DNA of 64,000 nucleotides, taken from Minisyncoccota bacterium. GTDB taxonomy: Bacteria > Patescibacteriota > Minisyncoccia > JAHIHE01 > JAGLIN01. The position numbers and the translations under genes were made by a program. The notes below the pieces were generated by a model, which saw only the letters and a list, made by a program, of their open reading frames with translations, had not been told where the DNA came from and did no database searches. Positions 46,077-55,467 of the stretch are shown in pieces (the stretch's first letter is position 1; the number at the start of each line of letters is the position of its first letter). The stretch lies in the NCBI GenBank assembly GCA_041661265.1, contig JBAZUT010000001.1, positions 65,854 through 129,853 on the forward strand, in the 5' to 3' direction.

Positions 46077-47774
46077 ATGATGCAAAGTAAATTAATCAGG
46101 CCCAAAGCAACAAGAAAGTTGCGGATTATTCCATTGGGAGGGCTTGAAGAAGTGGGAAGAAATATGACCCTGTTCGAGTATGGCAATGAAATTATCATAG
46201 TCGACATGGGACTTCAATTTCCGGAAGAAGATATGCCGGGAATCGATTATATAATTCCAAACATAAATTATCTGAAGGGAAAAGAGCAGAATATAAAAGG
46301 AGTGTTCATCACTCATGGCCACTATGACCATATCGGTGCGATCCCCCATCTCATGCCAAAACTGGGCAATCCCCCTCTTTTTACAGCCGCGCTGACGGCC
46401 GGAATAATAAAAAGAAGGCAGGAGGATTATCCGAACGGACAGACGCTGAACATCAAAGTCGTGAATTTCGAAAGCAGGGTCGCTCTCGGGAATTTCAAAG
46501 TGGAATTTTTCCATGTGAATCACAGCATCCCCGACACTCTCGGGATCGCGATCCATACTCCGGAAGGCCTCGTCATTCATACGGGAGATTTCAAGTTCGA
46601 CAACAGCCCGACAACCGACAAGCCAGCCGATATCGGAAGAATCGCCTATCTTGGCGCGCAGAACGTTCTGGTCCTTCTTTCCGACAGCACGGGAGCGGAA
46701 AAACCGGGATATTCGATCAGCGAATTCGAGATCCAGAAAACACTTGATGACGTTTTTTCGAAAGCCACAGGCAGAATGATCGTAGCAACTTTCTCATCTC
46801 TGGTGAGCAGAGTCCAGCAGATAATCACTCTTTCCGAGAAATACGGAAGAAGGGTCGCCATAGACGGATATAGCATGCGAACAACCGTAGAAATAGCCAA
46901 TAAACTGGGTTATCTTAAGATAAAAAAGGGAACCTTGATAAAGCCGGAGCAGATGAGCAATTATCCCGACGACAAAGTGTCTTTGATGTGCACCGGAGCG
47001 CAGGGAGAAGGAAAAGCGGTTCTGATGAGAATAGTGAACGGCGAACACAGATATGTGAGGGTCAAAAAGGACGATACTGTCATTTTCTCCTCATCCGTTG
47101 TTCCGGGAAACGAAAGGACCGTCCAGAACCTCAAAGACCAGCTCTACAGACAGGGTGCAAATGTCATCCACTATCAGATGATGGACGTTCATGCCGGAGG
47201 ACACGCACTGACCGAAGACCTGAAAATGATGATAAATCTTATAAAACCGAAATATTTCATTCCCATACACGGGAACTATTACATGTTGAGGCTTCATGCT
47301 AAGATCGCTGAAAGCGTAGGCATCCCAGCCGCAAACACTATCGTCGCGGGAAACGGAAAGGTCATAGAGTTCACAAAAAACTCGGCAATGATGACGAAAG
47401 AAAAGATCCCATCGAACTATGTCATGGTTGACGGACTCGGAGTCGGTGATGTGGGCAATGTCGTCCTCCGAGACAGGCAGCAGATGAGCAAAGACGGAAT
47501 GTTCACCATCATCGTGATCGTGGACAGCAAAACCGGAAAGGTAGTCGGAACACCGGACATAATCTCGAGAGGGTTCATATACATGAAAGGTTCCATGGAA
47601 CTGATCAATGAGACCAAGGCTAAAGTCACTGAACTCGTAAACAAAAAATCAACTGCTGAACACAATACGAACTGGGCATATGTGAAAGACAACATCAGGG
47701 ACAACATCGGACAATTCCTGTTCAACAGGACCGAAAGAAGGCCCATGGTGCTTCCGGTCGTGATCGAAGTGTAG
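46077..47774 (+). CDS. rnj: Ribonuclease J
   Basis: IPLGGLEEVGRN, THGHYDHIG, HTGDFK, GAQGE, HAGGH, RRPMVLPV. Confidence 0.95.
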   Translation: MMQSKLIRPKATRKLRIIPLGGLEEVGRNMTLFEYGNEIIIVDMGLQFPEEDMPGIDYIIPNINYLKGKEQNIKGVFITHGHYDHIGAIPHLMPKLGNPPLFTAALTAGIIKRRQEDYPNGQTLNIKVVNFESRVALGNFKVEFFHVNHSIPDTLGIAIHTPEGLVIHTGDFKFDNSPTTDKPADIGRIAYLGAQNVLVLLSDSTGAEKPGYSISEFEIQKTLDDVFSKATGRMIVATFSSLVSRVQQIITLSEKYGRRVAIDGYSMRTTVEIANKLGYLKIKKGTLIKPEQMSNYPDDKVSLMCTGAQGEGKAVLMRIVNGEHRYVRVKKDDTVIFSSSVVPGNERTVQNLKDQLYRQGANVIHYQMMDVHAGGHALTEDLKMMINLIKPKYFIPIHGNYYMLRLHAKIAESVGIPAANTIVAGNGKVIEFTKNSAMMTKEKIPSNYVMVDGLGVGDVGNVVLRDRQQMSKDGMFTIIVIVDSKTGKVVGTPDIISRGFIYMKGSMELINETKAKVTELVNKKSTAEHNTNWAYVKDNIRDNIGQFLFNRTERRPMVLPVVIEV

Positions 47775-47788
47775 CGACAAGCGAAACA

Positions 47789-47817
47789 TTGACAAAGATA
47801 TATCTATTAAGTACAAT
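47789..47817 (+). promoter_or_regulatory. Sigma70 promoter
   Basis: TTGACA-17 nt-TACAAT. Confidence 0.7.
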
Positions 47818-47847
47818 GGCATGTTGCTCATTGATAGATATATCGCA

Positions 47848-47900
47848 TAAAAGACGGGATATTGGCTTATGACTCTCAAAAGCCAGTCTTCCGTCTTTTA
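47848..47900. terminator. Long hairpin, probable terminator
   Basis: TAAAAGACGG..TGGCTT....AAGCCA..CCGTCTTTTA. Confidence 0.6.
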
Positions 47901-47953
47901 ATGTATAGAGATGACGGTATGTGAAACGGAGCGATCATTAAGGAGGTAGAAAT

Positions 47954-48289
47954 ATGAAGAAAATATTTATAGCGATCATGATCCTATCGCTATTATTTTC
48001 AGGGTGCATCGTACCCGAAGAAGAAACCAAGGCCAAGATGTATGCGCATGGTAAAAATGTCACCATAACCGGGAACGGATGGGAAGAAGGAATAAAGGTC
48101 CATCACTATATTTATCCGACCGATGCAGGATTCTTTTTGAATATGCCGGGACCGTGCGATGATATGGGATGCGTCGGCAAAAACATAACGGTTGACGGGA
48201 CATCAGTTTATTACGATCCTGAATATAAACGCAATGAAATGAACGTGAATCGGATCATTGTGAACGGAACATTCCGGGGATGGCTGTAA
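47954..48289 (+). CDS. Hypothetical lipoprotein
   Basis: AAGGAGG RBS; LFSGC lipobox. Confidence 0.75.
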   Translation: MKKIFIAIMILSLLFSGCIVPEEETKAKMYAHGKNVTITGNGWEEGIKVHHYIYPTDAGFFLNMPGPCDDMGCVGKNITVDGTSVYYDPEYKRNEMNVNRIIVNGTFRGWL

Positions 48290-48657
48290 CAAAAGACCAA
48301 CGAAGAGGTGATCTCGTGACGGGAATAATAGTCATAGAAGAACATATGGATCAAAAACAGAAAAGCGCGCTGGAAAAGATAACACCGATAGCGGAAAAAA
48401 TGGGATTTTCTTTGCAACATTTTTTCTACCACGACGGATCGAGATGGGAACTGACCAGATACGGCGACAATATCAGCGGAAAGATCTCCAGATTTTTCAA
48501 AATTGGCAGCAATAATGTGGTTCGGTATCATAAAGATACGAATACCATCGAAATAATTCTGAGGGATCCCCGCCTGGAGGAAAACGTAAAAAAACTATCC
48601 GAAATCCTGATCAGGGAAGGCTACGACGTGAAAATTATAACAGACTTCCTGAAATGA
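48280..48657 (+). CDS. Hypothetical protein
   Basis: 125-aa ORF followed by a terminator. Confidence 0.6.
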   Translation: MAVTKDQRRGDLVTGIIVIEEHMDQKQKSALEKITPIAEKMGFSLQHFFYHDGSRWELTRYGDNISGKISRFFKIGSNNVVRYHKDTNTIEIILRDPRLEENVKKLSEILIREGYDVKIITDFLK

Positions 48658-48663
48658 AGACGA

Positions 48664-48689
48664 ATGGAGCAAAGACTCCATTTTTTTTC
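48664..48689 (+). terminator. Intrinsic terminator
   Basis: ATGGAG-CAAAGA-CTCCAT followed by a T run. Confidence 0.75.
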
Positions 48690-48775
48690 AGCAATTGCGC
48701 CTCTTGGATATTTACTTTTTCCCATAATTCCTCTAGACTTGAGATGTGAACATTAATCGGAAATTAGCGATAAAT

Positions 48776-49753
48776 ATGGCAAAACAACCCCAAAAAAGCA
48801 AAAGATTCGTATGTTTCGGAGGCGGAAGCGCCATGCCCAAAGTGGTGCTGGAACCCCTTCGGAAATATTCGTCCGAGATCACTTCGATAACTTCCATGGT
48901 GGATAATGGCGGATCGACGGGACAGCTCCGCGAGGATTTTGGAATTCTTCCGCCGGGAGACATAAGGCGCCATATACTGGCGCTCTCAAAAGCGCCTCAA
49001 TGGAAAAAGGATCTTCTTTCCTTCAGATTCGGACGCGAAGTCTTTGACGGCGGGCACAAAGGCCACAATTTTGCGAACGTGTTCATGGCCGGATTGGAGC
49101 ATATCACGAAAGATTATGAAAAAGTTCTCGATATTATCCATGAATTCATGGAAGTTGAAGGAAGGGCTCTGCCGGCGACCATACAAAATACGCAATTGCT
49201 TGCTATTCTTGAAAATGGAGAAATAGTCAAGGGAGAGGATGAAATAGATATCCCGAAGACGCACAATCCAAGCATCAGAATAAAAAACATCTATCTGGAT
49301 CCCGAGGTTGATGCATATGAAAAATCCCTTGAGGCGGTCGCAAAAGCAGACGTTGTCATAATAGGACCCGGGGATCTTTATTCTTCCTCGCTCCCCTGCT
49401 TTCTCATGAAAGGAATGAAAGAGGAAATTGTGAAGAGCAAGGCAAAGAAAATTTTCGTCTGCAACATAATGACAAAGCTCGGAGAAACGAACGAATTCTC
49501 GGTTTCGGATTTTTCAGACGAAGTTGAGAAATATCTCGGATGCGAACTTGACCATGTCATATACAACTCAAAGATCCCTTCCGAACAGAGGATCATGGAA
49601 TATAAGAAGAAGGAGCCGACTACGCTGAATCTCGTGAAGATAAACGGGAATCTTGATGAGAACAAGTACATCGGAAGAGATATCCTTGCGGACAAAGGAC
49701 CGCTCCATCATGACGCCGAAAAGTTGATAAAAATGATCATCGATATTTCATAA
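48776..49753 (+). CDS. YvcK/CofD-family (gluconeogenesis factor) protein
   Basis: FGGGS, DNGGSTGQLR..LPPGDIR, IGPGDLYSS, CNIMTK. Confidence 0.9.
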   Translation: MAKQPQKSKRFVCFGGGSAMPKVVLEPLRKYSSEITSITSMVDNGGSTGQLREDFGILPPGDIRRHILALSKAPQWKKDLLSFRFGREVFDGGHKGHNFANVFMAGLEHITKDYEKVLDIIHEFMEVEGRALPATIQNTQLLAILENGEIVKGEDEIDIPKTHNPSIRIKNIYLDPEVDAYEKSLEAVAKADVVIIGPGDLYSSSLPCFLMKGMKEEIVKSKAKKIFVCNIMTKLGETNEFSVSDFSDEVEKYLGCELDHVIYNSKIPSEQRIMEYKKKEPTTLNLVKINGNLDENKYIGRDILADKGPLHHDAEKLIKMIIDIS

Positions 49754-49771
49754 ATCTAATCTTTCAAACAC

Positions 49772-51055
49772 ATGCAGGCAATAATTTTGGCAGCCGGAGA
49801 ATCCTCGAGATTCTGGCCGCTATCGGAAAAAAAACACAAATCGCTCGTAAAGATCGTGGGAAAATCATTGATCGAGTGGACGATCGAATCCTTGGGAAGA
49901 GCGAATATCAAAGATATCATAATAATCCAATCTCCCAGCGCAGAGCTTGAAAAACATCTCGGAGACGGTTCGGCTTTTGGAGCTAACATCTCCTATCGGG
50001 TGCAAAAAGAAGCCAAAGGGATGGGAAATGCGGTCATGCTTGCAGAGCCTCTCATCAAAGAAGATTCTTTTTTTGTTCTGAATCCATATGCATTCAATGC
50101 AGAGGATTTCATCGCCCTGATGTCGGCAAAACAGAAGGATTCCGGCGCGAAAATGGTACTGCTGGGAGTGAAAACCGACAAGCCTTGGAACTATGGAATG
50201 CTCGGCCTGAAGGAAGACAAGGTCGTTTCCATAATCGAAAAACCCCTCCAGGGACAGGAACCTTCGGACGTAAAAGCGACGAATATTTATCTCCTTCCTA
50301 AAGAATTCTTTGATTATTACCGCAAAGTGGAAGAGCAGACATATGCTTTTGAAGATGCGCTTTCGCTGTATATGAAAGAGAATGATGTGCGTCTCGTGAT
50401 GAGCGAGAACGACACTCCGAGCCTGAAATATCCCTGGGACCTTTTCAAGATCAATGAGATCATAATGAACACGCTGATAAAAAAGAAACGCGTTTCCAAA
50501 ACCGCCAAAGTCTCGAAAAGCGCGATCATCGAAGGACCGGTCTGGATCTGCGACAACGCCATTGTTTTTGAACATGCCGTCATCAAGGGCCCGGCCTATA
50601 TCGGAAAAGGATGCATAATCGGAAATAACGCCCTGATAAGAAAATATACGGACCTTGAGGATGGAGTCCTTGTCGGAGCGAACGCCGAAGTGACAAGAAG
50701 CATTTTCCAGCCATTGAGCCATATCCATAGCGGATTTTTTGGGGATTCCATAATCGGCAACAATGCAAGGATCGGTGCAGGTACGATCACAGCCAACGTC
50801 AGAATGGACCGTAAAGAGATACAGCCTACGGTCAAGGGAGAAAAGGTTGAAACCAAGCTTACTTCCCTGGGTGCCGTTATCGGCGACGATACTCATCTCG
50901 GAACCGCAGTGAACACCATGCCCGGAATATTGATCGGAGCGGATTCAAAGATCGGCCCGAATTCGCTCATAAGAGAGAACGTACCGAGCGAAACCGTCTG
51001 CTACACCGAATTCAAAAATATAGTGAAAAAGAACACCAAAAACAAGGAAGTATAA
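49772..51055 (+). CDS. GlmU-like bifunctional sugar-1-phosphate nucleotidylyltransferase/acetyltransferase
   Basis: ILAAGESSRFWPL..K; hexapeptide repeats, GDSIIG, GAGTITAN, GAVIGD. Confidence 0.85.
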   Translation: MQAIILAAGESSRFWPLSEKKHKSLVKIVGKSLIEWTIESLGRANIKDIIIIQSPSAELEKHLGDGSAFGANISYRVQKEAKGMGNAVMLAEPLIKEDSFFVLNPYAFNAEDFIALMSAKQKDSGAKMVLLGVKTDKPWNYGMLGLKEDKVVSIIEKPLQGQEPSDVKATNIYLLPKEFFDYYRKVEEQTYAFEDALSLYMKENDVRLVMSENDTPSLKYPWDLFKINEIIMNTLIKKKRVSKTAKVSKSAIIEGPVWICDNAIVFEHAVIKGPAYIGKGCIIGNNALIRKYTDLEDGVLVGANAEVTRSIFQPLSHIHSGFFGDSIIGNNARIGAGTITANVRMDRKEIQPTVKGEKVETKLTSLGAVIGDDTHLGTAVNTMPGILIGADSKIGPNSLIRENVPSETVCYTEFKNIVKKNTKNKEV

Positions 51056-51074
51056 ACGCGAGCATCGGCCAGAC

Positions 51075-51230
51075 TTGACTTATAGAAAATTGCCTGCTAA
51101 TATTGTCTTATGATAAATATTTATACAAAATCTGATTTGAATTGGTGGCCGGACAGCGTTTAGGCTGTTTTGGTGTTTTATTATATTTTGATATAAATAA
51201 ATTACAAAGCAGCTTAAAGGCTGTTTTTTG
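51075..51230 (+). promoter_or_regulatory. Promoter plus Trp-Trp leader-peptide attenuator
   Basis: TTGACT-17-TAATAT; uORF 51110-51163 MINIYTKSDLNWWPDSV; alternative 1:2, 2:3 and 3:4 hairpins with a T run. Confidence 0.7.
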
Positions 51231-51246
51231 TTATGGAGGAATATTG

Positions 51247-51477
51247 ATGAAACAAATGCTTATTGAAAAAACAAAAAAAGGCATCTCCACAAATAAAACC
51301 GGACTATCCGAATGCGAAGAATCACCTGCATGTCCCGCATGCGGTCACAGACTCCAATCTCAGGAAAATCACACTTTCTCAAAAAAAGTCATGTGGTTCT
51401 GCGATAACGACAATTGCGGGGAGAATTCATTCATGAGGATAAAAATGGGAAATAAATTCTTTCTCATAAAACCATAG
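51247..51477 (+). CDS. Small zinc-ribbon protein
   Basis: GGAGG RBS; CPACG..WFCDNDNC. Confidence 0.7.
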   Translation: MKQMLIEKTKKGISTNKTGLSECEESPACPACGHRLQSQENHTFSKKVMWFCDNDNCGENSFMRIKMGNKFFLIKP

Positions 51478-51490
51478 GAGGTGATGGGTC

Positions 51491-51706
51491 ATGGAATGCA
51501 TGGAAGCTCTGGAAAAAAACGGTGAGTATGAAATTGCGGACAAAAGCAATTTTTGTCCGAGATGCGGCACTGAAACAAAAGAGACAGATGAATGCTCGCC
51601 ACTCGGAAATAAACGCCTTTGCAAAAAGTGCGATCTGATATTTATCAAAGAAATATTCATCGATTGCATAAATAAAAAAGCGAAAATAAAGCTGAAAAGC
51701 ATATAG
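51491..51706 (+). CDS. Small zinc-ribbon protein
   Basis: GGAGGTG RBS; CPRCG..CKKC. Confidence 0.7.
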   Translation: MECMEALEKNGEYEIADKSNFCPRCGTETKETDECSPLGNKRLCKKCDLIFIKEIFIDCINKKAKIKLKSI

Positions 51707-51793
51707 GGGATGGAAAATGCATCCCCTATCCGATTTAAAACTATCCGATTCTTAGATAATAATATATTAATTGAATTTATGTTAATTAAGAAA

Positions 51794-51900
51794 ATGAATT
51801 TAAATCTATCATCAAGCTGGCAAACCCAAAACAATTTAGGCTGTTTTGGCGTTCTCTTGAAATAGTTTGAGTGCACTCCGAAGCAGCAAAAAGGCTGCTT
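51794..51900 (+). promoter_or_regulatory. Second, degenerate attenuator-like leader homologous to 51110-51230
   Basis: uORF 51794-51865 with one Trp; shares TTTAGGCTGTTTTGGYGTT and AAGCAGC..GGCTGYTT. Confidence 0.55.
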
Positions 51901-51923
51901 AAAAAAATCAGGAGGAAAACAAA

Positions 51924-52799
51924 ATGGAAACAAAAATAATCGGAAATTGGGAAATGAAAATTTCGTCGCACTCAGAAATATTTCCCGAAAAAGCTATCAA
52001 AGAACTGCTGAAACTCATTGAAAAATGGGCAAAGGTTTTTCCGAAAGAAAATACATGGGTTCAGAACAAATTTCGAATACCTTCTCTGTTCATAAGAATC
52101 GACTGCGTAATAAACAATGATAATCTGTTTATCTATGAAATAGAAGAAAGGCCAGCTGGAATGGGCATTTGTTCAAAGATCAATGCTGAATTCTGCGAAA
52201 GATTAAACGAAATAAAGCTGAAGTGGCCAGAGTTTAAATTGATCATTTCTCCGCTACGAGAAAAGGGAGATGATAATCTTTGGCTTATGCCTTTAGAAAA
52301 TGACCTTGACAGCTTAGTGCTAGTCAGAGCAGAGCCGAGTGAAAAAAACTTTCACATATTTCAGGAAAGATCTGTCAGTACCGTCGCGAAAAAGGGAAAT
52401 AAAAGCTATGGAGTGCACCTTGAACTCTGGAAAGAGGCCAATGATGTCAGTCAGTTGCCATGGAACAACGACTTCGTTCTTAAGCCATTAGTGGGCAGCA
52501 AATGTAAAGACGTAGTAATCTTCCTGGCTAAAAAAGATCAGGGAATTAAGGGCTATTCAACCAGAAATCAGGTTGAAAGAATGATGAGAAACAATGCTAA
52601 AATGTATATACAGCCATTCATTGCACCCATGAAATGCCCGATACCTCAATTCAAGGAATATGCCATGATGTATAGATTTTTTTTCGGATATGATCCATCG
52701 ACATCAAGATATATTCCATTGGGAGGAGCATGGATAGCACGAAAGAACTTAAAAATCCACGGCACACCAGACGCATTATCCGGACCATTGGTGTTCTAG
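51924..52799 (+). CDS. Putative circularly permuted ATP-grasp protein
   Basis: IRIDC..IYEIEERPAG precedes FVLKP..GS and YIQPFI. Confidence 0.55.
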   Translation: METKIIGNWEMKISSHSEIFPEKAIKELLKLIEKWAKVFPKENTWVQNKFRIPSLFIRIDCVINNDNLFIYEIEERPAGMGICSKINAEFCERLNEIKLKWPEFKLIISPLREKGDDNLWLMPLENDLDSLVLVRAEPSEKNFHIFQERSVSTVAKKGNKSYGVHLELWKEANDVSQLPWNNDFVLKPLVGSKCKDVVIFLAKKDQGIKGYSTRNQVERMMRNNAKMYIQPFIAPMKCPIPQFKEYAMMYRFFFGYDPSTSRYIPLGGAWIARKNLKIHGTPDALSGPLVF

Positions 52800-52913
52800 G
52801 AAGCAGCGAGATGCCAAACAAGGAATAAAAACAATATATTTTTATTCCTTGTCTCATATTTTATATTGTTAAAATTTATGTTAATATTAAATTAACTAAA
52901 CTCAGACATCAAT

Positions 52914-54020
52914 ATGCAAATGGAAATAACAGAACTTATCAAAAAACTGATAGAATTCAAGACGGTCAATGGCAAAAATGATGAATTTGCAGCCTGCATC
53001 TGCTTTATTAAGGATTATTTCAAACCCCAGATCGAGTCGGGAAAGATATACGTCGTTGAATATGAAAAGAATGGCCTGCATTCCATCGTTTTTTCAAGCC
53101 AAAAAAACATAAAACCGGACATTATTCTGAACGGACATATCGATGTTGTCAATGCGGAAGAAAAAGATTTTACACCTATTATTAAAAGCGGTAAACTTTT
53201 TGGAAGGGGCGCGGCGGATATGAAAAGCCAGATTGCGACATTGATGCATATTTTCAAAAATATTGTCGAAAGCGAAGAAAAAAAGTCCGTTGCTCTCATG
53301 CTTACCTCCGATGAGGAACTTTCAGGAGGAAACGGAGTTGGTTATCTTTTAAATGAAATCGGATACAGATGCAAAGTTGCCATAGTTCCGGATGGCGGAC
53401 ATAACTTCGAAATGATCGTCAAGGAGAAAGGCGGATTCTGGATAAAGGTTTCAGCGAGCGGAAAATCCGCGCACGGCTCAAGAACATGGCTAGGTGAAAA
53501 CGCCGTCCTGAAGCTCATGACGTTCTTTTACGAACTTGAGGAAATATTTCCGCCACTTAAAAAAACCAAAAAACTATATCAGGATGGGGTTTCAATAAAT
53601 CTCGGGGTAATGAACGGAGGAAAAAGCATAAATAGCGTTCCGGACCGCGCAGAGATGTTCCTTGATATCAGGTATTCGGAAAAAATGCACAAATCGGAGA
53701 TAATAAAAACATTGAAAAAATTAAGTAAGAAACACAAATTGAAGTTTGAAGTAACTGATGTCGTAGAAATGCTGGAAACCGACCCCCAAGATCCATATCT
53801 TAAAAAATTCAAAAATATAGCTCGCAAAACCATCTATAAACCCATTGTGATCACAAAAGCCTCGGGCGCATCGGATGCAAGATTTTTTTCAGCGAAAGGA
53901 ATCCCCGTGATCATCATGACGCCCAACTGCGGTAATAAGCATGGAAAAAACGAATGGGTGGAAATAAAAAGTATTGAAAAATTCTATGACATATTAATAC
54001 GATTCATTAACGAAATATAA
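52914..54020 (+). CDS. M20 family metallopeptidase (ArgE/DapE-like)
   Basis: LNGHIDVV, GRGAADMK, SDEE, GKSAHGS, SDARFF, HGKNE. Confidence 0.9.
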   Translation: MQMEITELIKKLIEFKTVNGKNDEFAACICFIKDYFKPQIESGKIYVVEYEKNGLHSIVFSSQKNIKPDIILNGHIDVVNAEEKDFTPIIKSGKLFGRGAADMKSQIATLMHIFKNIVESEEKKSVALMLTSDEELSGGNGVGYLLNEIGYRCKVAIVPDGGHNFEMIVKEKGGFWIKVSASGKSAHGSRTWLGENAVLKLMTFFYELEEIFPPLKKTKKLYQDGVSINLGVMNGGKSINSVPDRAEMFLDIRYSEKMHKSEIIKTLKKLSKKHKLKFEVTDVVEMLETDPQDPYLKKFKNIARKTIYKPIVITKASGASDARFFSAKGIPVIIMTPNCGNKHGKNEWVEIKSIEKFYDILIRFINEI

Positions 54021-54024
54021 ATCT

Positions 54025-55017
54025 ATGACAAATCAAACAGGAAAGAGAGTTTTTAGCGCGATCCAGCCTTCAGGAGAGCTTCACATCGGAAACTATCTTG
54101 GAGCATTGAAGAACTTCATTAAACTGCAAAATGAATATGAATGCTTTTTTTTCATTGCCGATTATCATTCGATCACTGAAAATTACGATCCGAAAGAAAA
54201 ACCGAAACAAATCATGAACCTGGCCTTGGATATGCTTGCCGCCGGACTCGATCCGAACAAGTGTACAATTGCCATCCAATCCCAGATCTGCGAACATGCG
54301 GAGCTGGCTTGGATATTCAATACGATCACTCCGATGGCCTTTCTGGAGAGAATGACGCAATACAAGGATAAGGCGCTCGCGCAAAAACAGAACGTAAACG
54401 TCGGGTTGTTCGACTACCCCGTGCTTCAGGCTGCCGACATTTTGATCTATAAAGCGGATCTTGTCCCCGTAGGACAAGATCAGGTTCAGCATGTTGAGCT
54501 TACAAGGAATATTGCCAGGTTTTTCAATAATAAATTTGGAAAGACATTTCCGGAATCAGAGCCGATTCTGACCGAAACGCCAAAAATCATGTCTTTGATC
54601 GATCCAACAAAAAAAATGAGCAAGTCACACGGACCGAAAACTTACATAGGCATAAATGACGAACCGAAAAATATAATAGACAAAATAAAGAAAGCAACGA
54701 CGGACATGGGAACGACGGGAGAAATGACGCCCGCTTCAAAAAATTTGTTTCTCCTCATGGAGATCTTCGGGAAAAAAGAACATTATAATGAGTTCCTGGC
54801 TCAGCACAAGAACGGCACCATAAAATACAGCCAATTCAAGGAAACCCTTGGGCAGGACATCGCGGACTATTTCACTCCATTCAGGGAAAGACGGAAAGAG
54901 CTTGAAGCAAAACCGGATGAAGTGAAAAAGATCCTCGCCGAGGGAGCGGAAAAAGCAAGAAAGATCGCACATGAAACCATGAAAGAAGTAAAAGAAAAGA
55001 TCGGACTGGTTATTTAA
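54025..55017 (+). CDS. trpS: Tryptophan--tRNA ligase
   Basis: IQPSGELHIGNYLG, YPVLQAADIL, VPVGQDQVQH, KMSKS. Confidence 0.97.
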   Translation: MTNQTGKRVFSAIQPSGELHIGNYLGALKNFIKLQNEYECFFFIADYHSITENYDPKEKPKQIMNLALDMLAAGLDPNKCTIAIQSQICEHAELAWIFNTITPMAFLERMTQYKDKALAQKQNVNVGLFDYPVLQAADILIYKADLVPVGQDQVQHVELTRNIARFFNNKFGKTFPESEPILTETPKIMSLIDPTKKMSKSHGPKTYIGINDEPKNIIDKIKKATTDMGTTGEMTPASKNLFLLMEIFGKKEHYNEFLAQHKNGTIKYSQFKETLGQDIADYFTPFRERRKELEAKPDEVKKILAEGAEKARKIAHETMKEVKEKIGLVI

Positions 55018-55060
55018 ACATTGATAAAAAAAAGAGATTGCATTTTATTATGCAATCTTT

Positions 55061-55381
55061 TTATATATTTTTTCGTTCTATCTTTTTTGTTTTTTTTATT
55101 TCCTTCAACCGCTTTTTCCCTTCTTCGGTGATGATGATCGGACGCGCTCTGCCATTTTTGACCTCCCTGATCTCGCCCCGGCCTATCAACCCGCGCTGTT
55201 CTGTCCGCAGTATTATAGCTGCGACATTGTTGCCCATCTTTCCTCCAAGGATCTTCAGAAGATCAAAGTATATCACTTCACTTCCGCTTCCCCTGATCTC
55301 TTCGACCGTCAAAAGCGTATCTTCAATTCCTTTCTCCAATTCACCAGGTTCAATTTCGAGAGACAGCTCGTACATTTGCAT
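55061..55381 (-). CDS. Small putative winged-helix protein
   Basis: GAGGAGG RBS before MQMYEL; EQRGLIG..IIITEEGKKRL. Confidence 0.65.
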   Translation of the reverse strand: MQMYELSLEIEPGELEKGIEDTLLTVEEIRGSGSEVIYFDLLKILGGKMGNNVAAIILRTEQRGLIGRGEIREVKNGRARPIIITEEGKKRLKEIKKTKKIERKNI

Positions 55382-55438
55382 TCCTCCTCTTCCACACTCT
55401 TTTATGATTTTTTTAAACAGGCAAAATTTTTTGCCCAT

Positions 55439-55467
55439 AAAAAAATAATCCCGACTTTCGGGATTAC
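55439..55467 (-). terminator. Leader terminator, module 1
   Basis: GTAATCCCG-AAAGT-CGGGATTAT-TTTTTT. Confidence 0.85.

Noticed and set aside
51142-51246. N-terminal extension of ORF 51142-51477
   Set aside because: It reads through the attenuator hairpins; the GGAGG at 51235 supports a start at 51247.
55382-55438. Longer starts for ORFs 55061-55438 and 55704-56045
   Set aside because: Those ATGs directly follow the terminator T runs without an SD; strong SDs support starts at 55381 and 55997.
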